This document shows, in pieces, positions 42,401 to 53,460 of a DNA stretch of 64,000 bases. The stretch is from Alphaproteobacteria bacterium. GTDB lineage: Bacteria; Pseudomonadota; Alphaproteobacteria; Bin95. Position 1 is the first letter of the stretch. Each line of letters starts with the position of its first letter. A program made the translations under genes and the position numbers. The notes below the pieces were generated by a model, which was not told where the DNA came from, made no database searches, and saw nothing but the letters and a program-made list of their open reading frames with translations. The DNA lies in assembly GCA_965205265.1 (NCBI GenBank), contig CBDBGH010000003.1:2752001-2816000 (forward strand), read 5' to 3'.

Positions 42401-42710
42401 CAGCGTCGCCCCATCGTGCACAACCCGATCCGCCGCGCGACCGCCCGAAAAGCAACCCGCGAACCGGGCCACAGACCGATCGCGCGGTCGGTCGCGCCCA
42501 GCAGCAGCGCGCCGGCATCCGAGGCCATCGTCCCGCCCCAGAAATCCGCCACAACATCGCGGCCCTTCAGGCGTGCAAATCGCATTGAGGTAGGGTTACA
42601 CTCTGCGGGCATCGGTGAGCTCCTCTGCAACCGGACAAGTCTTTGTTGTAAAAGAACTTTCCTACATGAAGAGCCCCGATGCACCCAACCTTGGTGAGAA
42701 ATCCGGGTTA
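42400..42710 (-). mobile_element. IS1380-family remnant (left end and transposase N-terminus)
   Basis: MPAECN...VVADFWGGTMASDAGALLLGATDRAIGL; end CCCGGATTTCTCACCAAGG near 42707. Confidence 0.75.
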
Positions 42711-42737
42711 GCGTCGATTTCTGGACGGAGACTGCTC

Positions 42738-44216
42738 ATGCGCCTGGAATCCATGTTCAAGGGCCGAAAGGACCGGCCCTGTCGTTGCCCCATCATTTCG
42801 CTTGCCGCGACGACGGCTGTTTTTGCTCTCGGCGCCTGCGGCGGCGGGGGCGGCGGTGGGGCAACTGGAGCCGGGCCGAGCGTGCCCCGCCCGGTTCCAC
42901 CGGAGCTGCCGGCCCTGGCACGGCAGGGCCCGGCGATGGCCGGCAAGGCTCCTGTCCTCTACCGGGGGGCATCACTGCATGTCGGGGCCGATGTTGCGCC
43001 GGACCCGGACGCTCTTTCGCCAGTGGACGGCCATGGCGATGTCAGGGTTTTCCACGGCCGCGTTGCGGACGGGGAAGGCGCGGCGGAACTGATCGCCTAT
43101 CTCGCCGCAGACGCCAGGAACAACATCCGCGACCTCTGGCCCGACGGTTTCGTCTATCGTTTCGGCGGCGCGCCACCGACCGTGCGGGTGGCGGAAGGAA
43201 CCCCGGCCGGGCTTCTGGACGAGACGGTGCGGGCCGTCCAGCTCATCAATGCCGCCCTGCCGCTGACATGGCAGCTGGACTTCAGCGGCACTCCCCTGCC
43301 GGCATCGGTATTCCGTCCTTCGGACGGCGAAATCCTGGTGGAGTTCGTTCCCCGTGCGGACTGGTCCATTTCGCTTCCCGAAGAACACTATATCGGCTAT
43401 GGGCGCCGGTGGCTGGAGAGCGTCCGGACGGACGACCCGCAGCGGCCACGGGTCCTCCAGGTGATGGCCGGGCGCGTGTGGCTCGACCACACCCGCGTGA
43501 CCGGACAGGACAGGATGGAGGTTCTCGTCCACGAACTCCTTCACACCCTGGGCCGGCGTCATCCCGACCCCCGGCGCTTTCCGGACACGATCATGAACAC
43601 GCCGGCATCGGGACCGGAAGGGCATGTGCTTCATCCACTCGACCGCGAAGCGCTCCTCGCGGTTTACGGATGGCTGGAGCCGGGAGCGACGCCGGCGGAA
43701 CTGGCAATTGACCTAGGACCGTGGGAGGCCGGTTCGGTCCACATCCGGGGCGACCTCGCCACGGATGGCGGCGCCGTCTCCTTCGGCGTCGGCTTGCGGA
43801 ACGGGCAGGGTCAGCCCTGGGCGACCGGTCCTGCGCCGAGGGCGACACTGCGGGACAACCGGCAACTGACCGGCAGCGCGACCTGGTCGGGCCGGCTGCT
43901 CGGGCTGACGCCGGCCGCGGAGGCGGTTGCGGGCAGCGCCGAACTGACCGTTCGCCTCTCGACTCTCGATGGCGCTCTCGGCTTCGCCAATCTGGAGTCC
44001 TGGGCAAGCGGCGCCGGACCGGGCGCGCCCGGGACCGGATCGACCTGGCGAACCGGCACCCTGGACTATTCGGTCTCGGTGCGGGGCAACAGGTTTGTCG
44101 GCGCCGGCGGCGACGATGGCGAGGTCACCGGCGCTTTCTTCGGCGCCGCCCATCAGGGCATGGGCGGCGTCCTGCGCCGGGCCGACCTCACCGCCGCATT
44201 CGGGGGTAAACGGTGA
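42738..44216 (+). CDS. Surface lipoprotein: metzincin-like protease domain + TbpB-type C-terminal barrel
   Basis: ALGAC-GGGGG; HELLHTLGRRH (HExxHxxGxxH) and Met-turn DTIM; GSATWSG...GAFFGAAH...AAFGGKR. Confidence 0.8.
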   Translation: MRLESMFKGRKDRPCRCPIISLAATTAVFALGACGGGGGGGATGAGPSVPRPVPPELPALARQGPAMAGKAPVLYRGASLHVGADVAPDPDALSPVDGHGDVRVFHGRVADGEGAAELIAYLAADARNNIRDLWPDGFVYRFGGAPPTVRVAEGTPAGLLDETVRAVQLINAALPLTWQLDFSGTPLPASVFRPSDGEILVEFVPRADWSISLPEEHYIGYGRRWLESVRTDDPQRPRVLQVMAGRVWLDHTRVTGQDRMEVLVHELLHTLGRRHPDPRRFPDTIMNTPASGPEGHVLHPLDREALLAVYGWLEPGATPAELAIDLGPWEAGSVHIRGDLATDGGAVSFGVGLRNGQGQPWATGPAPRATLRDNRQLTGSATWSGRLLGLTPAAEAVAGSAELTVRLSTLDGALGFANLESWASGAGPGAPGTGSTWRTGTLDYSVSVRGNRFVGAGGDDGEVTGAFFGAAHQGMGGVLRRADLTAAFGGKR

Positions 44217-44423
44217 AGCTCTCCGGCAGGGCCGCGCCTCCCGGATGGTGGCAGCCTGGACGAGGCTGAAGGGTCAGTTCCGGTCGAAGCGGTCCCGAGA
44301 GCTGTCAGTCATGGGTGTGTCTTCCAGGTCGGGCCCGGGGACCCAAGGTCAGGCGCGCTCAGCGGGATACCAGCGTTCCTGGCATGCCCCGCCTTCGGGA
44401 CGGTGTTGTGTAGTTGTTCGGCC

Positions 44424-45959
44424 TCACCTCTTGCCGCCGAAGCCTGCCAACAGTTGAACCTCCCGGTCATCGAGAACCCCGGCCATCTCTTCATGGTCGG
44501 GACCGAAGAACCTTCCCCTGACGGCGCCCCTGTCATCCGAGAACCCGTTTCCGCCCACCGTCACGCCATATTGCAGGTCCGGCTGCCTGAAATTGCGGGA
44601 TACACCGTTTAGGTCGACCACGAGATTGTCGAAGCGGAAGTTACCTGAGAGGTCCGCGAGCGCGATCTTCAGTGTGGCGTCGCCGAAGACGGGCGGCAGA
44701 GCTGCGTGGCCCGTGTCGACGCCGAGCAGCGATCCGGTCCACGTGGCCTCGCCCCGAAGCACGGAAGAAGCCGCGAGAGGCGCGCCCGGCGCAACGCCGA
44801 ACGCGTCCGCGCCGGCCCGCAGTTTGTCGCCATTCTCCAGAATGCGCTCAACGCCGGCGCCCCAGGCGCTGTAGCGGGCCCAGGCGCCGTAGCCGTAGAG
44901 TTCCGGTTCCGAGGCGGTCGCACGGTCAAGGATTTCGTATCCGATGTCATCGAGAAACGCGAAATCGAGTTCGCTCGGAGCCGCCACTTCCCCCCGGTCT
45001 CTGCAATATGCCATCAGCGAAGTGCAAACGCCCAGGTGCCCATAGTCGACAGTCGCTCCCGGCGTCCCGGGGGGTACAGGCTCGTTGTCGGCATTTATCC
45101 ATTGGTACGGGACGGGGTTGCCGCCGTTGGCCGGCATGGCGTTCGGGCCCTCGAAGGTGCGGTCCTCGCGGTTCACGTAGCGCGCGCCGGACGGGAAGTT
45201 GGTAGCGGTGCCGATCCCCAGCACATGGCCGATCTCGTGCGCCATTACGCTTGTGTAGTCATGGTGCTTCGGGTTCAGCAGGATCGTGCCGAGCCAGGGC
45301 TCCACGTCGTCGGGCTCAATGCGAGCCTCCTGAAAGGTGGCCGAAGAGCTGTTGTCGGCAACGGGACCCTTGTCCAGCACGAAGACGATCACGCCATTCG
45401 TCGTCGTCTCCGCGGCAATCGTTTCCCGGACATCGCCATGGACGATGCTGGTTCCGCCCGGAGCCGTGTGCGTTCCGAAATCGTCCGCGATCCGGTAGGA
45501 CCACGATTTCCCGGCGCGGTCCATCCGGGCGCGCGCCTCGGCATCGACATTTTGCGCGAACCGCCAGTCGAATTCGATATTGAGCGTGCCCGCCGGTCCG
45601 CCCTTCCATTGGCCGTAGGCGATTCCTCCCTGCTCGCCGACGATGCTTATGTCCTCGGCGCGCACATTCCGCAGTAGCGTCCCGGTTTCGGCCGTCTCGT
45701 GTTGGACGGTGTCCAGCAGGCCGGCGATCGCCGCGCGACTTTCGCCTGGGCTGAGGACTGGCGACAGGCCCAGCGCTGTGCTGAGACGTTGCGGATCATT
45801 CCAGTGGTCGAGCAGGTCCTGCGCCGTCGGATTGTCGCGCTCGTATGCTCCGACAGTGGGGGCAACGGGTCCCCGTTCCTCCCCGGCCCCGCCGCCTCCA
45901 CCGCCGCAGGCTGCAAGTATCGAAATGGCCGTGGTTGCGGCCAGAATGCGCACTGTCAT
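44424..45959 (-). CDS. Surface lipoprotein: zinc metalloprotease (leishmanolysin-like) + TbpB-type barrel
   Basis: ILAAC-GGGGG; HEIGHVLGIG, FEGPNAM, distal GH and SLM; GEATWTG...GRFFGPDHEEMAG...AGFGGKR. Confidence 0.78.
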   Translation of the reverse strand: MTVRILAATTAISILAACGGGGGGAGEERGPVAPTVGAYERDNPTAQDLLDHWNDPQRLSTALGLSPVLSPGESRAAIAGLLDTVQHETAETGTLLRNVRAEDISIVGEQGGIAYGQWKGGPAGTLNIEFDWRFAQNVDAEARARMDRAGKSWSYRIADDFGTHTAPGGTSIVHGDVRETIAAETTTNGVIVFVLDKGPVADNSSSATFQEARIEPDDVEPWLGTILLNPKHHDYTSVMAHEIGHVLGIGTATNFPSGARYVNREDRTFEGPNAMPANGGNPVPYQWINADNEPVPPGTPGATVDYGHLGVCTSLMAYCRDRGEVAAPSELDFAFLDDIGYEILDRATASEPELYGYGAWARYSAWGAGVERILENGDKLRAGADAFGVAPGAPLAASSVLRGEATWTGSLLGVDTGHAALPPVFGDATLKIALADLSGNFRFDNLVVDLNGVSRNFRQPDLQYGVTVGGNGFSDDRGAVRGRFFGPDHEEMAGVLDDREVQLLAGFGGKR

Positions 45960-46131
45960 GGAAAGCCCCTCTCCAACCCAGCCTTTCGGCGCCGGCCGGG
46001 GCGCGGCAGGCGATGGCCGAAGCCATAACAAAGTCAGGTTCCGGACGCCGCCGTCACAGAGGCCGGAACGGCGGCAGCAAGCCCGCGTCGGGAGAGGGTG
46101 GAACTCGCCGCAGGCTGCGCCGCCGTTCGCG

Positions 46132-46520
46132 TCAGGGTTTCTCGCCGTAGAACACCAACCGGAGGTCGGGGCCCTTGGCGTGACCGACGACACCGGCCTG
46201 GTTGACGCCGCCGAACTGGCCGACAGCGTCGTATTTCTGCGAATTGGCCGTGGTGCCGCCCGAGAACCGTCCGTCGGTGACCGAGATGTCGTTCCATTGC
46301 AAGGTGGCGAGGACCGGAATGTTCTCCAGGGCGAGAGCCGCTTCGGTGGCGCCGGTGCCTGGCGTGACGGTGACGGTCGGTGCGCCGGTACTGACGGTCT
46401 ACCCGCTTCCATAGACCCCGGCCCATTCGCCCGTCCATGTCGCGTTCCCCGTCGGCCGGTGTTCCGGCGCGGGATCCGGGGACAGCGGGCCGGACGTCCC
46501 GTTTTGCCGGAAGGTGTCGC
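46132..46520 (-). pseudogene. Degraded TbpB-type barrel lipoprotein C-terminus
   Basis: PTGNATWTGEWAGVYGSG*TVST...GQFGGVNQAGVVG...VFYGEKP*; internal TAG at 46399-46401; no N-terminus. Confidence 0.55.
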
Positions 46521-47216
46521 TCAGGCCCGGGAACGACCCGAAGAATTCGCGTTCGCTGCCGTCGCCTTCCTTGAAATCGACGCCGTTTTCCGCAGGGCGA
46601 CGGTCCAGCCGGTCACGCCGGTGCCCCGGATATGGTCGCCATGCTCCTCGGCCAGCAGGTCGATCCGGCCGGAGGTCTTGAGAGTGTGCAATTTGTCGCT
46701 CATCGCGCCTTCGCCGTAGAAAGGCCCGTTCAGGCCGATGACGAGCGGCGCGCCGGGCGCCAGAACCCGCAGGATCTCGTCCAGCGCGTCCGGCCGGATC
46801 AGGCTGAAGCTGAAGACGCCGACGGCGACCGCAGCGCCGTATGCTTCGTCGGTGGCATCGAGGGGCGGGGCGTTCAGGTCGGCCTCGAAAAGGCGGCGGT
46901 AAAGGCCGGTTTCGCGCGCCTTTGCCAGCATGCCGGAGGAGAAGTCGCAGCCGTCGATGACGCTGTACCCTTCCTTCAACAGCGCGACGCCGGCCAGGCC
47001 GGTGCCGCAGCCGATGTCGAGGATTTCCGCCCGTCGGTCGGTCAGGTGGTGCGACAGCATTTCCGCGCAGCGGCGCGGCTGGACGTAGTCGTTCTCGTCG
47101 ATCAGTTCCGTGTCGTAGGTCTCCGCCCAGCGATCATACAGGTCACGGGTTTCGTCCGCGGTGCGCGCCTCGTAGGCGATCGTCAGGAAGCGGTGGTTAT
47201 GCGATGGTCCGGCCAT
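46521..47216 (-). CDS. Class I SAM-dependent methyltransferase
   Basis: LYDRWAETYD; ILDIGCGTGL; DFSSGML; VLAPG. Confidence 0.88.
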   Translation of the reverse strand: MAGPSHNHRFLTIAYEARTADETRDLYDRWAETYDTELIDENDYVQPRRCAEMLSHHLTDRRAEILDIGCGTGLAGVALLKEGYSVIDGCDFSSGMLAKARETGLYRRLFEADLNAPPLDATDEAYGAAVAVGVFSFSLIRPDALDEILRVLAPGAPLVIGLNGPFYGEGAMSDKLHTLKTSGRIDLLAEEHGDHIRGTGVTGWTVALRKTASISRKATAANANSSGRSRA

Positions 47217-47940
47217 GCGGCGTTCTCCTCCGTTCGGGCAAGTCCGACCCGGTAATGCCCATGCCTAGCGGACGGCGACCGTCCCGCCTGCCATGCCGCC
47301 GCCGTCGACAGGCTCGCCATGCTCTTCCGGGAGCCGTTCGGTCCGGTTGGCGGGATCGGGAGCGGCGTACTTTTTGGCCGGCGGACCAGGGGTGCCTTTC
47401 AACAACTATCGTCATCTCAAGTTCTGCGCGCCGCTTCCGCGGCAGTCTCAGGGCGCCCCTGCCTCGCGTGGGTATCCTCGTCGCAGTCAACATCCGGCAG
47501 CCATGTCGGCATGGTACCGGTCGCCGGGGATTTCTTCAATTTCGTGAAAGCCCGGGACAAGAGCAGGCGGACATGCGGCTACGGCGGATATCTGCCCGAT
47601 CCTGGTTTGAACAGGGTACTGGATTACGCCCTTTGCTTTGCCGGTCTCTTCCGCAAGGACCTCGGCCGGTAGGACGTTCAGATATCCAATCCATGGCGCA
47701 TGAACGAGGAAAGGCAGGCAGGAGGGGGCGTGCAGACTGTCCGCTATCGGTCACCACAGGCCGCGCTCAGGCCGAGTTGCCCGGCGCCGATCCGCAGGGT
47801 CCGGCAGAGCGCAATGCTGACCTCCGCCTTGTTCAGGGTATGCACCGCTGCGAGGGAGGCGGGACGGGCGAGGAGATCGCAGTGGCTACAGGCAGAGCGG
47901 CCAGTTGGACGCTTGGAGCAAAATCACGTGCCTGTCGGCC

Positions 47941-48198
47941 TCAGCCAGGCTCGACGATTACGCGCCTGTGGCCCCGCCGAATGACATAACCGCCCCGCGG
48001 GATCGTTAGCTTGCCTTCCTGAACCAAGGCCCACAATGCATCGGCAATGACTTCTTCTCCTCGGTCGACCTCTGGCAACTCAGCCGGCTGGGAGAGCCAT
48101 TTGGCAAATGCCTCGTCGGCAATTTCACGGCCTATCGACTTGCGCAATGCGTCGAGTTTTCGGAGTTGGCCCTTCGACAGGGCAGTTTCGTCCAACAT
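47941..48198 (-). CDS. Small hypothetical protein
   Basis: RBS AAGGAG; MLDETALSKGQLRKLDALRKSIG...GGYVIRRG; protein-like composition. Confidence 0.55.
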   Translation of the reverse strand: MLDETALSKGQLRKLDALRKSIGREIADEAFAKWLSQPAELPEVDRGEEVIADALWALVQEGKLTIPRGGYVIRRGHRRVIVEPG

Positions 48199-48638
48199 CT
48201 GGAAGTCTCCTTTTGACGCTTTACGCTGAACAGGAACGTCAGCAGTGAGCATGGGGCAACGTATTGCCATCTTGGCGCCCGTTTTACAATCTCGGAAGTA
48301 GAGTCATGACAACTCTCCGATATGCTGCGATCGGACGCCAATACTGAAACGGATAACCACGTCTTCCGCTCTCGTCAAATCCCCAAACCGGTCTTTCGGC
48401 ATGTCTCCGGCGCGATATGGGAGGCTGCCGTCCGATACCCCCTCCAAGCCGCAAGCTTGCGGTTTGCGGTCCCTTTCTCCCAAACCTCTCAAGCGGACGT
48501 TATACCATTGAATGAGTTCCTTGCACGGCACACTATTTGTCGGCAATGAAGGAGGCCGCCGAGACATCGCAAAGACGGGCATTGGGACGCTTGGCCAGGA
48601 GAGATGGCACCAGCGGGGCGGTCTTTTCCTCGGACGCA

Positions 48639-48870
48639 ATGCCCCGTATTGCGCTCATCGACTTCCTTCGGGGTGTGGCCCTTCTGGGCATGACCGTCTT
48701 CCATTTCGTTTACGACCTTGAGTTTTTCGGCTCGAAAGAGCCCGGCTATTCGGATCGGCTCCACTGGTGGACGCTTGCTATCATCGTTGCCGGGAGCTTT
48801 CTCTTTCTCACAGGCGCCAGCCTTTATCTTGCGCACAGCGGCGGAATTCGGTGGAGACCGTGGAGGCTTT
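48639..48870 (+). pseudogene. DUF1624/HGSNAT-like acyltransferase N-terminal fragment
   Basis: RIALIDFLRGVALLGMTVFHFVYDL...FLFLTGASLYL, then loss of frame. Confidence 0.75.
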
Positions 48871-49778
48871 TTTGCTCTTGGGAGCGGCCGCGCCCCGGAG
48901 GGCGCGGCAGCAAGAGACGTGGCTGCCGGATACCCGGGACGGAATTGCGCCGACCCGAAAGCTGTCGCGGCAGGAGTTCGAAGAGCTCGCGGTGGAGGCA
49001 TCGGTGGCGGTGCTGCCGGTCGAGGGTATGAGTACGCGCGGTCGCCGTGGCCATGGGGCGTGGGGAGAGCAGGGCCCGCGCGCATATGTCGCTGGAGAAA
49101 TGCATATCTCCCCATAATTGGGAAAGCGTGAAAGCGGGAAGTCGGCCCACGATAAGCTGCTAGCCTGTGCGAGATGCAAGACAGCTTCAAAATGTGTGTT
49201 GCGTGATCCCGTAAGCATCCGCGAAGGACCGCAGGGTATGTCGGGGTGAGTTTAACGGCGGCGCGCTTGTGATCGGTACGGATCTGTAAGGGGCCACAAC
49301 CGCTGAATTCCGTCGCTTCAATCAACATTCGGGATTGACATCGCACGGCCTCCCATGGTCAGATTCGAGGAGAGGGGCGAGCGGCGGAAGCCGCGCACGA
49401 GGGCTAGGGGGCGCCGTCGGGCCGTGACGTTGACATCGTTAGCTTGCTTGCGCCCAGAATTGAGCGCCATGCGCCGATTATTGCCCAGAGCTGGCTGGTT
49501 CCTTGAGGTTTCCATGCCGCAATCAAACACCTCATTGTTGATCGTAAAACGCTCTCGATTCACTCAATTGTCGTGTTGGAGGCACCGCATGCCGCATCGA
49601 CCTCGATCCCCATAATCTTGAGATCGCAGGTTCGATCCCAACCTGGACCGGAAACCCTGACCTCAACTCGCACAACCGCGTCATCGTCGCGCAAGCATTC
49701 GCCTGGGGATCGAACGGAGCCATCGGGTTGCGGCGAAAAGTACAGAAGCCAAACGGTTACAAGATTGGAATCCCTGTT

Positions 49779-51935
49779 ATGCATCGACTGCCAGTCCTTT
49801 GCGGTTCACGCCGACGGCTATATGACGGGCCGGGTTTCCGCTTCTCTTTCCGAGCTTTTCCAGGAATTCTGTCCGGGGCTGCATGGACCGTCGCCAGGGC
49901 GCTCTTCCCGATTCTCGCAAGTGCCCTTGTCTCGACGGCGCTGCTGTGCGGGACGGCTTCTGCAACGGACACTGCCGACGACCAGAACTACGGGTGCCCG
50001 GCGGGCACCGTGTTCGATGCCGATTGGCAGCCTCTCTGGAGAACGTATCCAGTCATATTCAAACCGTGCCGTCCCACCAATGGGCAGGATTCCCCACCAA
50101 CAGGGTCGCCGTCGTCGTCCGGCTCCGAACCGGCACGGACGCCTGACCTTGGCACGAGGCAGACTATGCCGGACAAGCCGGCAGCGCCGAAGGTGACGGA
50201 AAGGGCGAACACGCAGACTGTGCCGGGCAAGCCGGCGGCGCCGAGGGTGACGGAAAGGGCGAACACGAAGTCGGGCCTGGACGTGAGTTGGGAGGCCCCG
50301 TCGAATGCGGGCCCGGCAATCGCAAGCTACGATCTGCGCTACCGGACGGGGTCGAGCGGCGACTGGACCGACGGCCCGCAGGACGTAAGCGGCCTTTCCA
50401 CCTCTATCGGGGGTCTTCGGCCGGGTACGTCGTACCAGGTGCAAGTGCGTGCGTCCAATGCCGCGGGCGACGGGGCCTGGTCGGAGTCGGGGGAAGGGAG
50501 GACCCGGACGGATATCGGCTTCGACCGACGCCCGGTTCTCGAGGCATGGCAAGCCCGGTTCGGACGGACGATAGCAGGACAGGCCGTGGAAGCGGTGATC
50601 GGACGGCTCGACGGAACAGCCGGTCGGAAGCCGGCTCTGACGCTCGGCGGGCAGTCCGCTGCTGCCGGCGGATGGCTCGAGCCGGCGCTGGGTGCCGACA
50701 ACAAACGAAACTGGCGGGAGCACGACCGCGAGGCGCAGACACAAACCATGACTGCCCGGGAGTTCCTGCTCGGCACCTCGTTCCATCTTTCCGCCGACCA
50801 GAGCGAGACCGGTGGCCCGGGCATGGTTGCGTGGAGCCGGTTCGCGAGCACCGCATTCGAGGGCGAGGCCGATGGCGCCGCCATCGACGGAACCGCCGCC
50901 ACCGGATTCCTGGGGGCCGACGCCGAGTGGCACCGGGTGCTGGCGGGTTTCATGCTGTCGCACAGCCGGGGCGAGGGCACTTACGGCGGCTCTAAGGGCA
51001 GGGGCAAAGTCGAGAGCACGCTGACGGGGGTCCACCCCTACGCGAAGCTGGATGTGAGCAGACGGATGTCGGTCTGGGGTCTCGCCGGCATAGGCGAGGG
51101 CAATCTCGCGCTGAAGCCCGACGGACGGGATGCCATGGAGACCGATGTCAGCCTGCGCATGGGCGCGCTCGGCGTTACCGGCCGACTGCTCGACGACAAG
51201 GACAGTCTCGCGCTCGATGTCAGGTCCGACGCGATGTGGGTCGGCACCGGGAACGAGGCCGCGCCGGGCATGGCGGCGAGCCAGAGCGAGGTGACGCGGC
51301 TCCGGCTCGTGCTGGACGGCAGCCGGGCGTTCGACGTCGGCGACGGCGTCACCCTGACCCCGAGCGCGGATCTGGGCCTGCGGGTGGACGGCGGCGATGC
51401 CGAGACCGGGTTCGGCACCGAGGTCGGCGGCGGCGTGGCGTGGTCCGACCCGAAGCGCGGGCTCTCGGCCGAGGTGAAGGCGCGCGGTCTGCTGACCCAC
51501 GAGGAGTCGGGCTTCAGCGAGCGTGGGGTCTCGGGCGGCCTGACCTGGGACCCGCAATTGTCCTCGGAGCGCGGGCCGAAGCTGTCGTTGAACCAGACCC
51601 TGGGGGCCTCCGATGCAAACGGCGTGGATGCGCTGCTCGCGCGCGATGACCTGGCGGGTCTGGCGGCCAACGACGACGAGTCGGGCCGACGGCGGTTCGA
51701 GGCGCGGCTGGGCTACGGCGTGCCGGCGTTCGGCGGCCACCTGACGGGGACGCCCGAGGTCGCAGTGGGAGTGTCGAACACGAGCCGCGACTACATGCTC
51801 GGCTGGTGGCTGACGTCGCAGTGGAGCGGCCCGCAGGCCTTCGAACTCCGGGTGGAAGGGCTGCGGCGTGAGAGCGCGAATGACGACGGCCCGCCCGAGC
51901 ATCGGATAGGCTTCGACTTGACCGCCCGGTGGTAG
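49779..51935 (+). CDS. Autotransporter with FN3 domain (start uncertain)
   Basis: Long signal; duplicated PxKPAAPxVTERANT; GLRPGTSYQVQVRASNAAGDGAWS; AWQARFGRT linker; RVDGGDAETGFG; ends TARW. Confidence 0.85.
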   Translation: MHRLPVLCGSRRRLYDGPGFRFSFRAFPGILSGAAWTVARALFPILASALVSTALLCGTASATDTADDQNYGCPAGTVFDADWQPLWRTYPVIFKPCRPTNGQDSPPTGSPSSSGSEPARTPDLGTRQTMPDKPAAPKVTERANTQTVPGKPAAPRVTERANTKSGLDVSWEAPSNAGPAIASYDLRYRTGSSGDWTDGPQDVSGLSTSIGGLRPGTSYQVQVRASNAAGDGAWSESGEGRTRTDIGFDRRPVLEAWQARFGRTIAGQAVEAVIGRLDGTAGRKPALTLGGQSAAAGGWLEPALGADNKRNWREHDREAQTQTMTAREFLLGTSFHLSADQSETGGPGMVAWSRFASTAFEGEADGAAIDGTAATGFLGADAEWHRVLAGFMLSHSRGEGTYGGSKGRGKVESTLTGVHPYAKLDVSRRMSVWGLAGIGEGNLALKPDGRDAMETDVSLRMGALGVTGRLLDDKDSLALDVRSDAMWVGTGNEAAPGMAASQSEVTRLRLVLDGSRAFDVGDGVTLTPSADLGLRVDGGDAETGFGTEVGGGVAWSDPKRGLSAEVKARGLLTHEESGFSERGVSGGLTWDPQLSSERGPKLSLNQTLGASDANGVDALLARDDLAGLAANDDESGRRRFEARLGYGVPAFGGHLTGTPEVAVGVSNTSRDYMLGWWLTSQWSGPQAFELRVEGLRRESANDDGPPEHRIGFDLTARW

Positions 51936-52154
51936 CCGCCCGGCGGCAACCCGGGAGATGAGCCGCGTCAAGAGCACGGACCGGGAAGCGGGCTTCGGGG
52001 CCCATAACCGAGCCTGCATGCGGCGCAACCCGGTCTATTGCAAGCGCATGCCGCCCCGCCCCGATTTGAGTGCGGATTCCCAAATACTCGACGGCCGATA
52101 CCGACAAGAAACGCGCCGGCGGCGTTTCCTCTCTCGGAACGGAAGCCGGCCGGG

Positions 52155-52913
52155 CTACCGCAGCCCTCCGGTGACGAAGATCGTGTCGGCGGTGAGGTAG
52201 CTGGCGCCGTCGGAGCAGGCGAACAGCACCGTCTCGGCGATCTCCTCGGGCTGAGCCATCCGGCCCATCGGCGTCTGCCCGGCATAGCCTTCGAGCACTT
52301 CGGGCGGCGTGTTGTCGTGGAAGGGCGTGTCCACGACGCCGGGCGAGATCGAAAGGCAGCGCACGCCCCGGCTCGCGAACTCCCGGCCGATGCCGAGCGT
52401 CATGGTATGCACCGCGCCCTTGGACGAGGCGTAATGCACGGAATTGCCGGCCCCGCCGATCCTCGCCGCCACGCTCGCGATGTTGACGATCACGCCGCCG
52501 CCCTTCTCCAGCATGTGCGGCAGGACGGCCTGCGCGCCGTTGAAAGTGCCGCGCACATTGAGGGCGTAGGTGCGCTCCCAGAGCTCCTCGGTTATCTCCA
52601 GGAACGGCTTCCGGGCAAGTGCGGCGCCGACCGCGTTCAACTCGAAATCCACCCGCCCGAAATCCGAGACGGCCCGGGCGACGGCCGCGTCCACCTCGGC
52701 CCGGACGGTCACGTCGCAGGCAACGAAGGTTGCGCGCGCACCGAGCTGGATCGCCTGGTTCGCCGTGCGCTCGGCGGCCTCCGGGTCGATGTCGGCAGAG
52801 ACCACATTCGAGCCTTCGCGCGCGAACACCAGCGCCGTCGCGCGGCCGATTCCGCTGCCGGCGCCGGTAATCAGGATGGTCTTGCCCTTGAAGTAGTCCG
52901 GGTCTCTCGGCAT
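52155..52913 (-). CDS. Short-chain dehydrogenase/reductase
   Basis: TGAGSGIG; VNIAS; YASSK; PGVVDT. Confidence 0.93.
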   Translation of the reverse strand: MPRDPDYFKGKTILITGAGSGIGRATALVFAREGSNVVSADIDPEAAERTANQAIQLGARATFVACDVTVRAEVDAAVARAVSDFGRVDFELNAVGAALARKPFLEITEELWERTYALNVRGTFNGAQAVLPHMLEKGGGVIVNIASVAARIGGAGNSVHYASSKGAVHTMTLGIGREFASRGVRCLSISPGVVDTPFHDNTPPEVLEGYAGQTPMGRMAQPEEIAETVLFACSDGASYLTADTIFVTGGLR

Positions 52914-53000
52914 GGCGTCCTCCTCCGCCGGGCGCGTGGCGAATCTGTGTCCAGTGTCCTGATCGAGAAGTTTGAGTGCTTATCCGCCGCGTCCTTTCCC

Positions 53001-53460
53001 GTCATGCCCGGACTTGTTCCATTGCTGTCCGGTTCAGCCATTGGGTGAGGCTGAACGGGAGTCCGCCGGGGGGTTCGGGGGCGCGCGGCGTCTGCGATCC
53101 GCCCCTTGCCCGTGAGGCTCGAACGCCCCCCTTCGGCAGGCTCAGGGCAGGCTCTTTCGTCATACCCGGACTTGTTCCGGGTATCTCTCTCAAGCGGCTC
53201 CACCGGGCGGCCGTATGGATGCCCGGAACAAGTCCGGGCATGACGATATGGGGGTCGGGCATGACGATATGGGGGTCGGGCCGCCGAGCGTCGATCCGGG
53301 TCCCGATCCCGCCGAACCCCTCGAAACCCGGTTGAATCCAGGCCATGCGCCCTGCCCGCAAATCCTGAACCGGACAGCAATGGACTTGTTCCGGGCATCC
53401 ACGGGGCCACTCGGCGGGGTGGTTGAGAGAGATGCCCGGAACAAGTTCCGGGCATGACGA
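53001..53460. repeat. REP-like palindrome cluster with a nested MITE
   Basis: Several GTCATGCCCGGACTTGTTCCGGGCATC units in both orientations; IRs ATTGCTGTCCGGTTCAG at 53021 and 53381, flanked by GGACTTGTTCC. Confidence 0.85.

Noticed and set aside
46399-46401. In-frame TAG as recoding (pyrrolysine/readthrough)
   Set aside because: The gene also lacks its 5' part and the position is not catalytic; a simple pseudogene is more likely.
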